Below, in pieces: positions 37,387 to 50,800 of a stretch of DNA of 64,000 nucleotides. The notes below the pieces were generated by a model. It ran no database searches and was not told the origin of the DNA. It worked only from the letters and a program-made list of their open reading frames with translations. The stretch spans positions 1 to 64,000 of the forward strand of contig JAPMXV010000050.1 of assembly GCA_026936335.1 (NCBI GenBank). The letters run 5' to 3'. Position 1 is the stretch's first letter; each line of letters opens with the position of its first letter. The translations under genes were made by a program, and so were the position numbers. This DNA is from Mantamonas sphyraenae STR306 (taxonomy: Eukaryota > Protista > CRuMs).

Positions 37387-38223
37387 ATGTCCAGCAGCGA
37401 AAACAACGCCGGTGTCGTGAAGCAGGGTGCCGAAGGCGTGCGTTGTGGTGTTTTTGTTTCCTCGCCCTCTCCCCTCTCTATTCCCCGTGGCCTGGTTGCT
37501 TCGCCACTCACCTTGTCTCCACCCGCGTCCTCGCAGCGCCTCTATGCAGGCACCTTTCTCGGAAAGGATGTCATGGTCAAGGAGCGCTTCCGCAAGGCCT
37601 ACCGGCTGAAGGAACTCGACGACAAGATCACCGAACGCCGCCTCGTCTGGGAGGCCCGCTACATGGTCCGTTGCCGCTCCCTGGGCATCGATGCGCCCAC
37701 CGTCCTCTTTGTGGACAAGAAGAACGCCAAATTGTACATGGAAAAGGTGGATGGCGACACCACCAAGGCCTTTTTCTATGCCCACCAGGACGACGCCGGA
37801 GACTACGACGACTACGCCCTCACCCTGTGCAATCACATCGGCCGCCAGGTCGCAGCCCTCCACAACGAATCCCTCGTCCACGGCGACCTCACCACCTCCA
37901 ATATGATGCTCCGTGCGGACAACGTCGTGCCACCGGCGGATTCAGACCCAATTGTCTCCGACGACCAACCCACCGCAGAGGACTGGTGCCCCAGCCTCGT
38001 TTTCATCGACTTTGGCCTCTCTGTCCACTCTGGCTCTGCCGAGGACAAGGCCGTCGACCTCTATGTCCTTGAGCGTGCCTTTGCCTCCACACACTCCAAG
38101 TCCAAAGTCCTCGTGGCCGCACTCCTCAAGGCCTACTTTGATGCCTGCCTCGACTCCTCCGCCGTCTCGGAACGCCTCAAGGATGTCCGTGCGCGAGGAC
38201 GCAAGCGCACCATGGTTGGATGA
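37387..38223 (+). CDS. BUD32: KEOPS complex kinase Bud32/TP53RK (PRPK)
   Basis: KQGAEG; KERFRKAYR; HGDLTTSN; FIDFGLS; [14 protein letters not shown]; C-terminal RGRKRTMVG; intron 37438-37536. Confidence 0.95.
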   Translation: MSSSENNAGVVKQGAEGVRCGVFVSSPSPLSIPRGLVASPLTLSPPASSQRLYAGTFLGKDVMVKERFRKAYRLKELDDKITERRLVWEARYMVRCRSLGIDAPTVLFVDKKNAKLYMEKVDGDTTKAFFYAHQDDAGDYDDYALTLCNHIGRQVAALHNESLVHGDLTTSNMMLRADNVVPPADSDPIVSDDQPTAEDWCPSLVFIDFGLSVHSGSAEDKAVDLYVLERAFASTHSKSKVLVAALLKAYFDACLDSSAVSERLKDVRARGRKRTMVG

Positions 38224-38278
38224 GCAAATGCAAACCACGATCGCCCGCTCCGACACAAACCTTTCTTTGTCGCTTCCC

Positions 38279-40847
38279 ATGTCGTCGTCCTCCTCGTCTT
38301 CCTCTGCCTCCTCTGCGGCAGCGGACCAGGAGACCATCATCATCGGCGCCTCCCGCAAACGCAAGTATACCGAGGTGCAGCTCGACCAGGAGAACAAACT
38401 GGAGATCCGTCCGCTTGGTGCAGGCCAAGAGGTCGGCCGCTCTTGCGTCGTCCTCAAGTTCAAGGGCAAAACAATCATGTTTGACTGCGGCGTCCACCCG
38501 GGTCTTTCGGGCATCAACGCCCTCCCCTATTTTGACGAGATTGAACCGTCCGAGATCGACCTCCTCCTCATCACCCATTTCCATCTCGACCACTGCGCCG
38601 GTGTCCCCTACCTGCTCGAGCGTGTCAGTTGTCATCTCTCCGTCCCGTGCCCTCACCCTCCCTTTCTGCCTCATTCCTCATGGCCCCTTCCCGTGCCACG
38701 TCGACACCTGGCTCCCGAGCTGCGCATTTTCCGCGGCGCCTGTGGCCACCCGCATACACCACGCGCCCCGTCCTCTTTGCCGTCCATGTCCTCCATACAC
38801 TGTGTGTACACCGCTCACGCGTCCTCGTGGCCCTTCCCCTGTGCTGCCATGTCCTTTCGGCGCTCTTTGTTTCCCAACACCCTGCCCAACCCGCAGACCG
38901 ACGGCTTTGACGCGCCCGTGTACATGACCCATCCGACGCGCGCCATCTTCAAGATGCTCCTCACAGACTATGTTCGCGTCAGGTGAGTGCAGCCCACAGC
39001 GAGTGCCCACACCATGTCTCCCCTGTGCATCGAGGGTCGCATTTCGCTGACGTGACGCTCTCTTCCCCCGCAGCAATTCCTCCCTGTACGACGAGAATGA
39101 CGTCGTGCGCGCAAACGAAAAGATCCAAACGATCAACTTTCACCAGCAGCTGGAACACAAAGGCGTCAAGTTCACCTGCTTCAACGCTGGCCATGTGCTC
39201 GGCGCAGCCATGTTCCAGATTGAAATTGCCGGCGTCAAGATCCTGTACACAGGCGACTTTTCCTGCGAAGAGGACCGTCACCTTATGCCTGCCGAGATTC
39301 CTCCCACCAAGCCCGACGTGGCCATCATCGAGTCCACCTACGGCGTACAGTGCCACGAACCGCGTGCCGAGCGTGAGAAGCGCTTCACAGGCGCTGTCTA
39401 CAAGACGGTGCGCCAGGGCGGACGCTGTCTCATTCCAGTGTTTGCTCTGGGACGTGCACAGGAACTCCTGCTCATTTTGGATGAGTTTTGGGAGGCCCAC
39501 CCGGAGATTCAGCATGTGCCTGTGTTTTACGCCTCCAGCATTGCCAAGAAGTGCATGACGATCTACCAGACCTATGTCAACATGATGAACGAACGCATCC
39601 GCAAGCAGATTGCGGTGAATAATCCATTCAAGTTCAAACACATCAGCAACTTGAAGAGCATCGACGACTTTGCCGACCAGGGTCCGTCCGTCGTCATGGC
39701 CTCGCCAGGCATGCTTCAGTCGGGCCTGTCGCGCGAGCTGTTTGAGCTGTGGTGTCCATACAGCAAAAACACCTGCCTGCTGCCCGGCTACTGTGTGGAT
39801 GGCACGCTGGCAAAACACATCATGAACGAGCCCAACCAGATCACCACACAGGCCGGTGACACCATCGACCTCAAGATGGATGTGCAGTACATCTCCTTCA
39901 GTGCCCACACAGACTTTGACGGCACACGCGCCTTTCTCGAGGCACTGCGTCCGCCACACATTGTGCTGGTGCACGGCGAGGCCAACGAAATGGAGCGTCT
40001 CAAAAGCAAGTTGGAGGAGATCTACGAGGAAGAGGGGCGCGAATCGGTGTTGTATTCGCCACGCAACTGCCATGCCGTCGAATTGATGTTTCAGGGTGAG
40101 AAGCGGGCCAAAACGGTGGGCACGCTTGCGGCCAAACCGCCGAAGCAAGGCGCGCGGCTCAGCGGCGTGCTTGTGCAAAAGGACTACAAGTACACGTTGA
40201 TCAGCACCGAGGAGCTGCAGCAATACACCAAGCTCAAGGTGACCAGCGTGCGCCAGAAGCAGCGCGTGCCCTTTACGCAGGAGCTGGACATGCTGCAGTG
40301 GCATCTGGGCAACCTGTACGCCGAGGTGGACATGCACAAGGACGGCTCGGGCATTAGCATCTTTGACGTGGTGCACCTCAAGGCCAACTCGGAAGGCACC
40401 GAGTTGGAAATGAGCTGGTATGCCAACGACGTGCACGACATGCTGGCCGACGCCGTGTTGGCCGTCATCCTCCAGTTGGAAGCAGACCCGGACAGCATGA
40501 TGGAGGTGTTTGAGCAGGAAACGCAGGCCTCCATCTCCACAGACGTGACCATGTACAACATGCTGCGCCTTCTGCGCGGCCAGTTTGCACGTGTGGACAT
40601 GAACCTAAAGGCGCGCACGCTGGACGTCAGCGGCGGCGACGGAGGCGGCGTCACTGTCACTGTCGGCCAATATCATGCAGAAATCACCGAGAGCAGCGAC
40701 GAGGAGCTGGCCAAGCGCGTCGCCGCCACCCTGGCTCACGCCAACGTTGTACTCTACCCGCTGCAGCGCACTTCGGGCCGTGCAGGCGACAACGACGACG
40801 ATGATGAGGTTGAACAAGTGGCTGTTGATGACGACGACGACGCGCCA

Positions 40848-40895
<48 letters not shown>

Positions 40896-41033
40896 GACGG
40901 GGCGGCAGCCAAACAAGAACTGGAAGTGGAGTCGGGTTCTGCATCCTCCTCTTCCTCCTCCTCCTCCTCCTCCGGTCGCAAGAAGGAAGAGCTGGTCATC
41001 AAAGAGGAAGACATCATGAACATCGAATCGTGA
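38279..41033 (+). CDS. CPSF3: Cleavage and polyadenylation specificity factor 73 kDa subunit (Ysh1)
   Basis: [12 protein letters not shown]; THFHLDH; [10 protein letters not shown]; YTGDFS.EEDRHL; [12 protein letters not shown]; SFSAH; LVHGE; introns 38624-38896 and 38983-39073. Confidence 0.96.
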
Positions 41034-41318
41034 AAATGCAGCAACGGTGAACAGTGTGGTTGCGAAAAGGTTTTTGATTCGTCTTTGCGCATTCCTTCTC
41101 CAGGATCTTCCCCATCTCCACAATTTTGCCCACACACCCCATCCGCCTCGTGAGTGGCAATACATCCACAGCAGACACACGCGTGCACGCTGCGAGACAC
41201 ACCCACGCCAGAGCCTGGGAGCCGGCCAGCCTTGCCAAACCAAAACCAAGGCTGGCGGCGTAGTTGCGTTGATTGTTTTGTTGCAGCCTCTGTGCGTGTA
41301 ATGTGCTGTGACAGGAGC

Positions 41319-41343
41319 CGTGTGTGTGTGTGTGTGTGTGTGT
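41319..41343. repeat. (GT)n microsatellite
   Basis: Intergenic gtgtgt... run. Confidence 0.85.
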
Positions 41344-41813
41344 TTGTCGGCCATAGAGGCGTTGTGTGTGTGTGGATCGTCAGAGCCGGGCAAGTAGAGA
41401 CTGGTGGTGTTGTCGATCTTCCTCCCTCGTCGTGACTGGGTGTCGAGCGTCGGTTCGCCTAAATGCAGTAAAGCCCCTCCTCACTCCGTTGTTCCTTGCA
41501 AAAAGTCCTCCTTGGTTGGGTTCCCCACCGTGCAAAAGCCACGCGCGAGACGTGACGAGACGCAGATGGAAACAGCCCATGCTCCACAGCACGCCCGTGC
41601 ATGGGTGTCACATTGCCACACACGTGGCACCCAGGTTTCACCTGGGCACACGCGAGAGCAGACACTCAGCAGCGCGGTGGAGAGGGTGGTCCTCTGGCCG
41701 CCGCGTATCGTGCAGCTGGCCAGCAGGGTGGGAAACGACGTCGGCAGCGCCAAGTGCCGGCCGTGTGTGCTGTGTACTCGACACATCACACACACGGGCC
41801 ACATTCACCCTGT

Positions 41814-44800
41814 TTAGGGCTTCTTGGGCGCCGGCTTCTTCGGGGCGGGCTTGCCCTCGTTGCCACAGGTGTGGCACTTCATCATCTTGTGCAGCTTGTT
41901 CCAGCGCTTCTGGAAGAGCGAGATCTGGCGGGAAGCGGCCCAGATGTGGCGGCGGATGCGCTTGGTGATGCGATCCACCTTGGTCTCCTTCTTGGCGGCA
42001 ATCTCACGCAGGTACTTGGCAAACGACTTGCTCATGTAGGCGAGGTAGCGCGACTGGTACACGGAGCGCTTGCAGGCCAGGGGCAGGTGGTTGAGCACGC
42101 GACGCAGGCAAGAGCGCTGCGGCGCAGGGGTCTTCCAGTAGCAACGCGAGTAGATGCGCGGCGCGGGCAGGTGGATGCCAGCCACGACGCCGCAGCGGCC
42201 CTTGCGCACGCACGGCAGACGGCTGCGCTTGAGACGCAGACGGCGACGCAGAAGAGCCATCTTGCGCAGGAGCACACGGAGCTTGAGGGTGCTCTGCTTC
42301 TTGAACATGCGCATGCGACGCAGGTCCTTGAGGGTCTTGAGGCGCTTCTGGTTGCAGGGCAGCTGTCGGCGACGCACGTAGGCGCGCCACAGCTTGGCCT
42401 TGAGGGACTTGAACTTGCCCTGCATGGCCTTGCGTGCCTGGCCGCTCATGCGAGCAATGAGCACGCGGTAAGCGCGCAGGTGGCTCTTCATGCGGTCGAT
42501 CTTGACACAGTAGTTGGCGTGCTTCTTGAAGCAGCGGCTGGTCTTCTTGCGACGCTGCAGCAGATGGCGCTTGGCCAGCTTCAGGGCACGCAGACGGCGA
42601 CGCAGTCGCTTGAGCGTGTTCTTCTTGCTGGCGTTGGCAGCACGCTTGGCGGCAGCCACGGCACGCGCAGACTTGCGCTTGGCCAGCGTCTTCTTGACAC
42701 GGCGGCTCTCCTCGTCGCTGTCAAACAGACGCGCCTTGGTGATGGAAGCCTTGGCCTGGCAGGCGCTGAGCGATTCGCGCAGGGTCTGCAGCGAATCCTT
42801 GTAGTTCTCGGCCAGGATGACAAAGCGGTCGCCACGGAAGAAGCGCTTCTTGTGCTTCTGACCACAACGAGCGCGTGCGTGGTGCATGCGACGGTTCCAC
42901 ATGCGCTTGGCCATGGCGCGGTCCAGCTTGCGCAGGCGGTTGTACTTGTTGCGAGCCTGGCGCGTCTTGCGGGCCAGGTTGAAGCGAGCGCGACCCTTGG
43001 CGTGGTTGCGCTTGTACAGCAGCGTGTGGAAGGTGTTGAGGGCAGCGGTGAGCTGGCGGGTGACCCAGTCGTGGCGCCACTTGTTGTACTCCACCACCGA
43101 GCACTGGTACAGCTTCTTGGCGTTGGCGTGCTTGGCAAACTGCTTGAAGCACTTGTGACGGTTCACACGACGCGGCTTGTACTCCAGCATCTTGATGATG
43201 CGGTTGCCACCCTTGCGCAGGTACTTGGCATCGCGGCGGCGCTTGGCCAGCTGGCGCTTCCTGGCCGCAATGACCATGGCCGGTGTCAGCTCGCCCGCAG
43301 GCAGGCCAGGGATCGGCGACTCGCGGTGCTCCGTCGGGTTCTTCTTGCGAAGGATGCGGCGCAGCTTGCGACGCACCGCACGCTGGGCACGCGCCTTGCG
43401 GCCACGCGGGCGACGGCGACGACGACGGCGGCGGTTCTTGCGACCCTTGCGACCCTTGCGACCCTTGCGACCCTTGCGGATGGCACGGCGCAGACGGCGC
43501 TTGGCACGACGCACCACACGCTTGCCCAGCGTCTTGCGGGCACGACGGATGACACGGCGCACGCGACGGCCGATGCGCACGCGGACACGACGGACAGGGC
43601 GGCGCAGAACCTTGCGGGCCTTGCGCACGTGGCGACGTCCCTTGCGCACCGCCTTGCGGACAAAGCGGATGGCACGGCGGAAGCGCTTACCGAAGCGGAT
43701 CTTGCGACGCAGCTTGCGCACCAGGCGACGAGCCACGTTGCGACGACGCACACGCAGGCGCAGCTTGCGCACCTTGCGCACCAGGCGCAGGGCACGAGCG
43801 AAGCGCATACGACGACGCACCACACGGCGGGCCTTGCGGACAACCTTGCGGACGAAGCGGCCACGACGACGCACCACACGGCGGGCCTTGCGGACAACCT
43901 TGCGGACGAAGCGACCACGACGACGCACCACACGGCGGGCCTTGCGGACAACCTTGCGGACGAAGCGACCACGACGACGCACCACACGGCGGGCCTTGCG
44001 GACAACCTTGCGGACGAAGCGGCGACGCACCACACGACGCAGGATCGGGCGACGGCGCACCACACGACGCACACGGCGGACCACACGACGCAGGATCGGG
44101 CGACGACGCACCACACGACGCACACGGCGGACCACACGACGCACACGACGCACACGGCGGCGAACGCGGCGGAAGATGCGACGGAAACGACGGCGGAAAC
44201 GCTTCTCCTCGTCGTACACATCGATGCTCTCGGGCTCATCGGCCTCCTCGTCGCTCTCGATGTCATCGGTGTCACGCACAGTGCGCTTGCAGTTGTTGTA
44301 CGAGCGCTTGTAGGCCAGATGCCACTCGCGCGCAATGTCGCGCTTGTTGCGAGCGTTCTTGGCCTGGTAGCGGCGGATGCTGGCAGCCACACGCTTGCAG
44401 GCGGCGGTCTGACGGGCATGGGCCTGCTGCAGGTTGTGACGCAGGTTGTGCAGGCGCAGAGTGATCTGGCCCACCTTTTCGTCACCGGCAGCGTTGCGGG
44501 AAGCAATCCACTTTTGCACCTTGGCCAGACGTGCCATGGTGCCCTTGATCATGGCTGCCACGCTGGCGCAGTTGCGACGGTTGCTGTCGCGCTTGCACTT
44601 GAGGGCAGCACGCTTGGCCAGCAGGCTGCGCTTCACCTTTTGCAGTTCGCGGCGTGCACGAACCATCTTGTCCCATTGTGTGGCCTCCTTCTTGCTCAGC
44701 TTCTGCCCGTTCCTGGCTCCGCTGATCTGCTTCTTGCAGCGCACACGCAGTGCTGTCAGGCGCTTCCACACGGCACGTGCACGGTTGCGCAGCGTGCGGC

Positions 44801-47800
44801 GGCGGCGAGCCACCGACGACGAGCACTTGTTCTTGCGCGTGGTCAGGCAGCTGATGGCACGGCGCTTCTCCAGCAGGGCGCGGCGCTGGGCCACCAGACG
44901 CTCCTCACGGGCGGCACACGTGCGGCGCAGACGCTCCACGCGGCCGTTGGATGCCAGGCGACGCTCCAGAGCAGCACGCTGGGCCTTGAGGCGACGCACC
45001 GTCTTGTGCACCTCACTCTGCGAGTGGCGGTTGAGCTTGTCGGCAAACAGAGCCTTCCACGACTCGTTGTACTTCTTGCATGCCACCTTGCGCTTGGCCA
45101 CGAGGCGCTTGCGCAGGTTGGCCAGACGCTTGAGCATGGCAGCCAGGCGACCGTAGTACAGCTTCCAGTCGTACTCGCGCACGCAGTGCTTCTTCATCAT
45201 CACCTTGTACTTGCAGCGGCGGCAACCCATGCCGATGTACTGGCGGTGGATGCGACGGAACAGATACAGCGAGGATCGCAGCAGGAACACGGCGTACTTG
45301 TGCGTGGTACCACAGCGGATCTGCTGGCCATACTTGTCCAGCAGCACCTTGGTCGTGCGGTACACCTTGTACACCTGCTGACGGATCAGCTTCATAAACT
45401 CGCAGATGCGCTGCGGGCGGTAGGTAGCCTCCATCGCCGTCTCCTTCTTGCGCTGGCGGTTCCACCAGCGGTCTGTGCGCTGCATGCAACGCTTCACGCC
45501 ACGGCGGAACTTGGTGGCGGTCGTGTCCATCCACAGGCCACGGCGCGGCTTCCAGTTGCACGGGAAGTGCTTCTTGCCACGGCTCAGCACCAGACGCAGG
45601 TTCTTGGGCAGAGTCTTCTTGGCACCCGGGCGCTTCGTGCACGCCGTAGCGAACCAACGGCGCCAGATCAGAGTGCGGCTGACCACAAAGCGGGCCCAGC
45701 TGTTGCGGAGCTGGCACCACACGCGCGCCACACCGCCACGCTTCTTGCACTGCACACGCTTCAGAGCCGCAGAGCGACGCAGCAGGCGTGCCAGGGCGGC
45801 CTGGTTGTTGCGCATACGGCGCATGTTGCGCAAAAAGACGCGCTTCCACACACCCAGCTGACGCGTCACCTTGACGATGAAGCGGCGCATCTGGGACATG
45901 GTGCGACGACGCAAGGCGCGACGACGGATGCAGTTGTAGTAACGGCAGCCAGCCAGGTGCTTCTTGTGCAGGTAGCGCTTGTAGCAGAACGAGGCAATGC
46001 TCTTGCCGGCCATCTTGCGGTAAGCACGAGCCTTGCGCAGGCAGCTGGCGTGGCGAGCACGACGCTGACGGATGCGCTGGATGGCCTCACGCAGCAGGCC
46101 CTGGTAGCCGTCGTACACGCAGTTGTAGTAGCGCACGTACAGGCGCTGGTGGGCGCATGCCTTCTTGACACGAGCACGGCGACCGGCGTTCTTGATGCGA
46201 GCCAGGATCTGGTTGGCACGCACCAGCCACACCTTGCTGTTGCCACGGTTGCCGATGCCACGCGAGCAGATGCCCACAGCACCGGTGGCCAGGTTCTCCG
46301 GAGCATACACGTACACGTTGTAGTAGCCGGCAGTGTGGCGCTTGTTGCGGCCACTGCCAACGTACACGTACTGCAGGGTGACGCGGATGCCACCGCCCAG
46401 CTTCAGAGTCTTGTTGCCACGGTTGCCCTTACGCACCATGCGCAGGTGGGCCGGACCCGAGTAGCGGCCGTGCTGGTTGTAACGCGCGGTGCGACCACGG
46501 CGGGTGCGCACAATCACCTCCGAGTTGAGGCCACGGTTGCCCCAGGCGCGGCCGTAGCGCACATGAGTCTGCACAGTGACACCACCGGCCTTGAACAGAG
46601 TCATCACGCCCGTCTTGCCGTAGATGTCAAACGAGCGGCCAAAGAACGAGCGGTAGTGCGGGTCGCCCGTGGCACGGCACGTGAGGATACGTGCACGCGG
46701 CAGCGGCTTGCGGCGAGCCACGCGGCGCTTGCGACGGCGCTGCAGGGCCAGCTGACCACGCACCTGGTTGCGGATGCACAGCAGATAACGCCTGCTGTGG
46801 ACGCCACCACGGCGGCCACGGCCGTATCGATGACGGCAGTACTTGACAATCGTGTTGCGTGCACGGCCATGCACCTGACGCAGCAGCTTGGCCACTGCGC
46901 GTGCGTTGCGTGCACGTGCGGCACGGCGGCGAAGGACCACCTTGCGAGCAATGGCGGCCAGGCGACCTCCGGCGTCGGCGATGCAGTCGTAGTAGCGAGC
47001 AGCCACACGGATGTGGCGGCAGGTGCGCTTGGCAACACGACGACGCTTGGCAGGCATCTTGGCCAGCAGACGGCCGGCCTTGACACGCCACGAGCGGTCG
47101 TTGCCCTTGCGGCCCATGCCGGATGTGCACAGACCAGTGCCCTGGAATGCCACACGCTCGCGCGTGGTCACCGTCACGTTGTAGTAGCCGTGGCCACGCG
47201 ACTTGCCATACCAGATGTTGATGCGCACGCGACGGCCAGCAGCCCACAGCGTCAGCTTGCGCGAACGCAGGCGACGAGCAGTGGCGGTGATGCGACCGTT
47301 GGTGGCAAAGGTGGCGGTGTGCTTGCCATGGCGCACAATCACGGCGCGGTTGAGGCCACGGCGACCGTGCCAGCGCATGTAACCCACACGCGTGATGATC
47401 TTGAGACCACGCACGGCAAACAGCACCAGGCTGCCCGTCTTGTTGTACACGTCAAAGCGACGTCCAAAGAACGAGCGGTAGTGCGGGTCGCCCGAAGACG
47501 TGCACGTCACCATGCGCGACTTCTTCACACGACGGGCCTTGGCCACACGGCGACGGATGCATGCCAGGTAGCGGGCACCCTGCGTGCGACGGTAGCGCTT
47601 GCGGCACAGACGCACAATGCCACTGCGGGTGCGTGCAGGCACGTGGCGCAGCAGCGAAGCAATCTGCTTGGCACGGCGTGCGCGCAGAGCCTTGGCACGG
47701 CGGCGTGCGGCCAACAGAGCCTTGCGCATGCCGTGGGCCGCGTCAAACAGACAGTCGTAGCGGCGGGCGGCGTTGTTGCGGTGGCGGCGACAGGCGCGGA

Positions 47801-50800
47801 CGATGCGACGGCGCTGGGCGCGGTTGCGGATCGACGCCACGACGGCGGCGGCCTTGCGCTTCCAGTAGGCGGCGTTGGCCACACGGTGACCAATGCCACT
47901 GGTGCAGTCGCCCTGGGCGCGAGTGGCCACGTCACCACGCGTGTTGACATACACGTTGTAGTAGCCCTTGGCGTATCCACGGCGGTTCTCCCACTGGTAG
48001 CGGGTGTCCACGCGCACCTTGCGTCCGTCCTTGGTGCGCACAGTGAGCACCTTGCGGAAGGAGCGGCGGCCCTGGCGGCGGATGCCACCGCAGAAGCCAC
48101 CAAAGCCTCGGCACTCGCCGAAGCGGCCAAAGGTGACGGTGCGACCCTGGACGCGAACCTGCACGTGGGTGATCACCGAGTTGGTGCCACGACCGTGGCT
48201 GTAAGCCAGGTGCGTGCGCACAAGCACACCCGACACACTCAGCAGCGTGCGCCACTTGCGGTTCACGCGGTAAATGTTAAAGGTGCGGCCCCAGAAGGAG
48301 CGGTAGTGCGGGTCGCCCGTGGCGCGGCAAGCCATGTTGCGCTTCAGGTGCTTCGGTGCAGGCACGGGCTTCTTCACGCGGCGCACATACGAACGCACAC
48401 ACAGGAAGTAGCGCGAGGCATGCAGGCGGCCCTTGCGAGTGTAGCGCACACGGCAGTACTTGGCGGCCTTGGCGCGGTGGGCGCGCGAGAGGCGACGCAG
48501 CCATGCGGCAGCGGCCTGCAGCGCACGGCGACGGCGGTTGCGACGTGCAGCAATCTGGCGCTTGGCAGCCGACTTGAGTCCCTCCATGTAGTCGTAGAGG
48601 CAGTTGTAGCGGCGAGCCTTGGTGCTCTGGCGCTTGCACACGCGCAGGGCACGGGCACGCTGGCCACGGCCCATCTTGCGCAGCACGGCGGCGGCGCGGA
48701 AGGCCCAGATGCGGTCGTTGGCACCGGCACCACGGCCAGAGGCACACAGACCGGAAGACTGGAGCGCCACGTCGTTGCGAGAGTACACGTAGACGTTGTA
48801 GTAGCCTGTGGTGTGGTTGCGGTTCCTGCCACGTCCGACGTGGTTGTACTGCAACAGCACGCGCACGTGACGTCCACGCACGGTGAAGTTGAGGGTGCGG
48901 CTGCCGCGACCACGGCGGGTGGTCAGACGGTAGGCCTTGGGGCCAGCGTAGCCGCCGTTCTGGTTGTACGTAGCCTTGCGGCCGGCCCAGACGATCTCCA
49001 CGCGGGAGTTGAGGCCACGGTTGCGCCAGGCGCGGCCGTAGCGAACAATGGTGTCCACACGCAGGGCGCCGTACTTGAACAGCGTCATGCGGCCCGTCTT
49101 TCCGTAGATGTCAAAGCGACGGCCGTGGAAGGAACGGTAGTGCGGGTCGCCTGTGGAGGCACACGTCACACGCTTGCTCAGGTGACGCGGCGTACGCTTG
49201 GCCAGCACACGCTTGACCGCAGCACGCACACACAAAAAGTAGCGGTGGGCCTTGCGGGCCAGCGGGTAGCTGCGGCCACACGAGCGCACAATGGCGCCAC
49301 GTGCACGCGCAGGCAGCTTGCGCAGCCAGGCGTTGGCAGCACGGCGCTTGGCAGCCACAAGGTGGCGGCGACGACGAGCAGCTGCAGCCGCAGCCTTGCG
49401 CATGCGGTGCAGATAGTCGTAGAGGCAGTTGTAGCGACGTGCAGCGTTGCCCTGACGGCGGCAGGCACGCACAGCGGCGTTGCGCTTGCGGCGCGGGGTG
49501 CGACGCAGCAGGTTGTTCACCTTGCGCTTCCAGTACGGCTCGTTGCCGCGATGACCCTGCGACACCGAGCAGGCACCCGAGGCCTGCACAGCCACCTGCG
49601 TGCGCGTGTAGATGTGCACGTTGTAGTAGCCGTTGGTGAAGTGGCGGTTGCGTCGTGCAGCCTTACCAGAGCGCACACGCACGTACTGCAAGTTGACCTG
49701 CACGCGATGGCCACGCGCCGTAAAGACCAGGCTGCGAGAGCCACGGCCGCGACGCACAGTCATGCGGTAGGCACGGTTGCCGCTGTAGCCACCGTTGTGG
49801 TTGTACAGCGCCACGCGGCGGCCGTTGCGCACAATGGTCACGCGCGAGTTGAGGCCGCGGTTGCGCCAGGCATGGCCGTAGCGAAGGTGGGTCTTCACCA
49901 CCAGTCCGCCAAAGTTGAACAGGGTCACGTTGCCCTGCTTGCCGTAAATGTCGTAACGGCGGCCGAAAAAGGTGCGGTAGTGCGGATCACCTGTGGAGGC
50001 GCACGTCACACGGCGGCTCAGGTTACCCGGGGCCACGTTGCGCTTGCGCACCTGCACAGCCACCTGCGCACGCACGCAGCGGTAATACTGAGTCGGGTTG
50101 CCACGCTTGCGGTTGCACACGCGAGCCACGGCACGACGGCCGGCGGCGTTGAGCTTGCGCAGCTGTGCAGTGGCCAGGCCAAACATGCGCTTGCGAAGGG
50201 CAGCGGCACGGCGGGCATGGAAGCCACGCACGTGCGAGCGAACGCACAGGTAGATGCGGTGGCCACGACCGCGGTAGCGACGACGGCACACGTTCATGTA
50301 CGAGCGACGCTGGCGAGCAGGCACACGACGCAGCAGCACCGACGCCTTGCGGGTCCACACGGCGTTGGCCTTGCGCTGGCGTGCCAGACGGGCAATGGCC
50401 GCGCGGCGCATGCCGTGCGATGCGTCGTACACGCAGTTGTAGAAGCGTGCGTTGTTGCCGCTGCGGCAGCGGCGCTTCAGGTAGCGACGCTGGTGGGCAG
50501 GCAGCTTGCTCAGGATGCGGTTGGCATGCGAGCGCCAGTAGCGTGCGTTGGCCACACGTCCAGCGCCACGGCCACAGTCGCCCGTGGCAGCCACACCGGC
50601 GGCGGCGCGAGCGCTCACCGACACGTTGTAGTAGGCACGCACAAAGCGACGGTTGCCGCCGTTGCTCACGCGGTGGCACGACAGACCCAGGCGCACCTGC
50701 TCACCCGTGTGGGTGCGGAAAGTGCGCTTGCGGCAGCCGGCTCCGCTGCAGCGGCAGTTGTTGTTCCAGTAAGCCACCTGGCGACCGTTCTCCTTGATCT

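Noticed and set aside
43808-44160. CRISPR-like or non-coding repeat array
   Set aside because: Units have no unique spacers, are multiples of 3 and are in frame within a eukaryotic CDS
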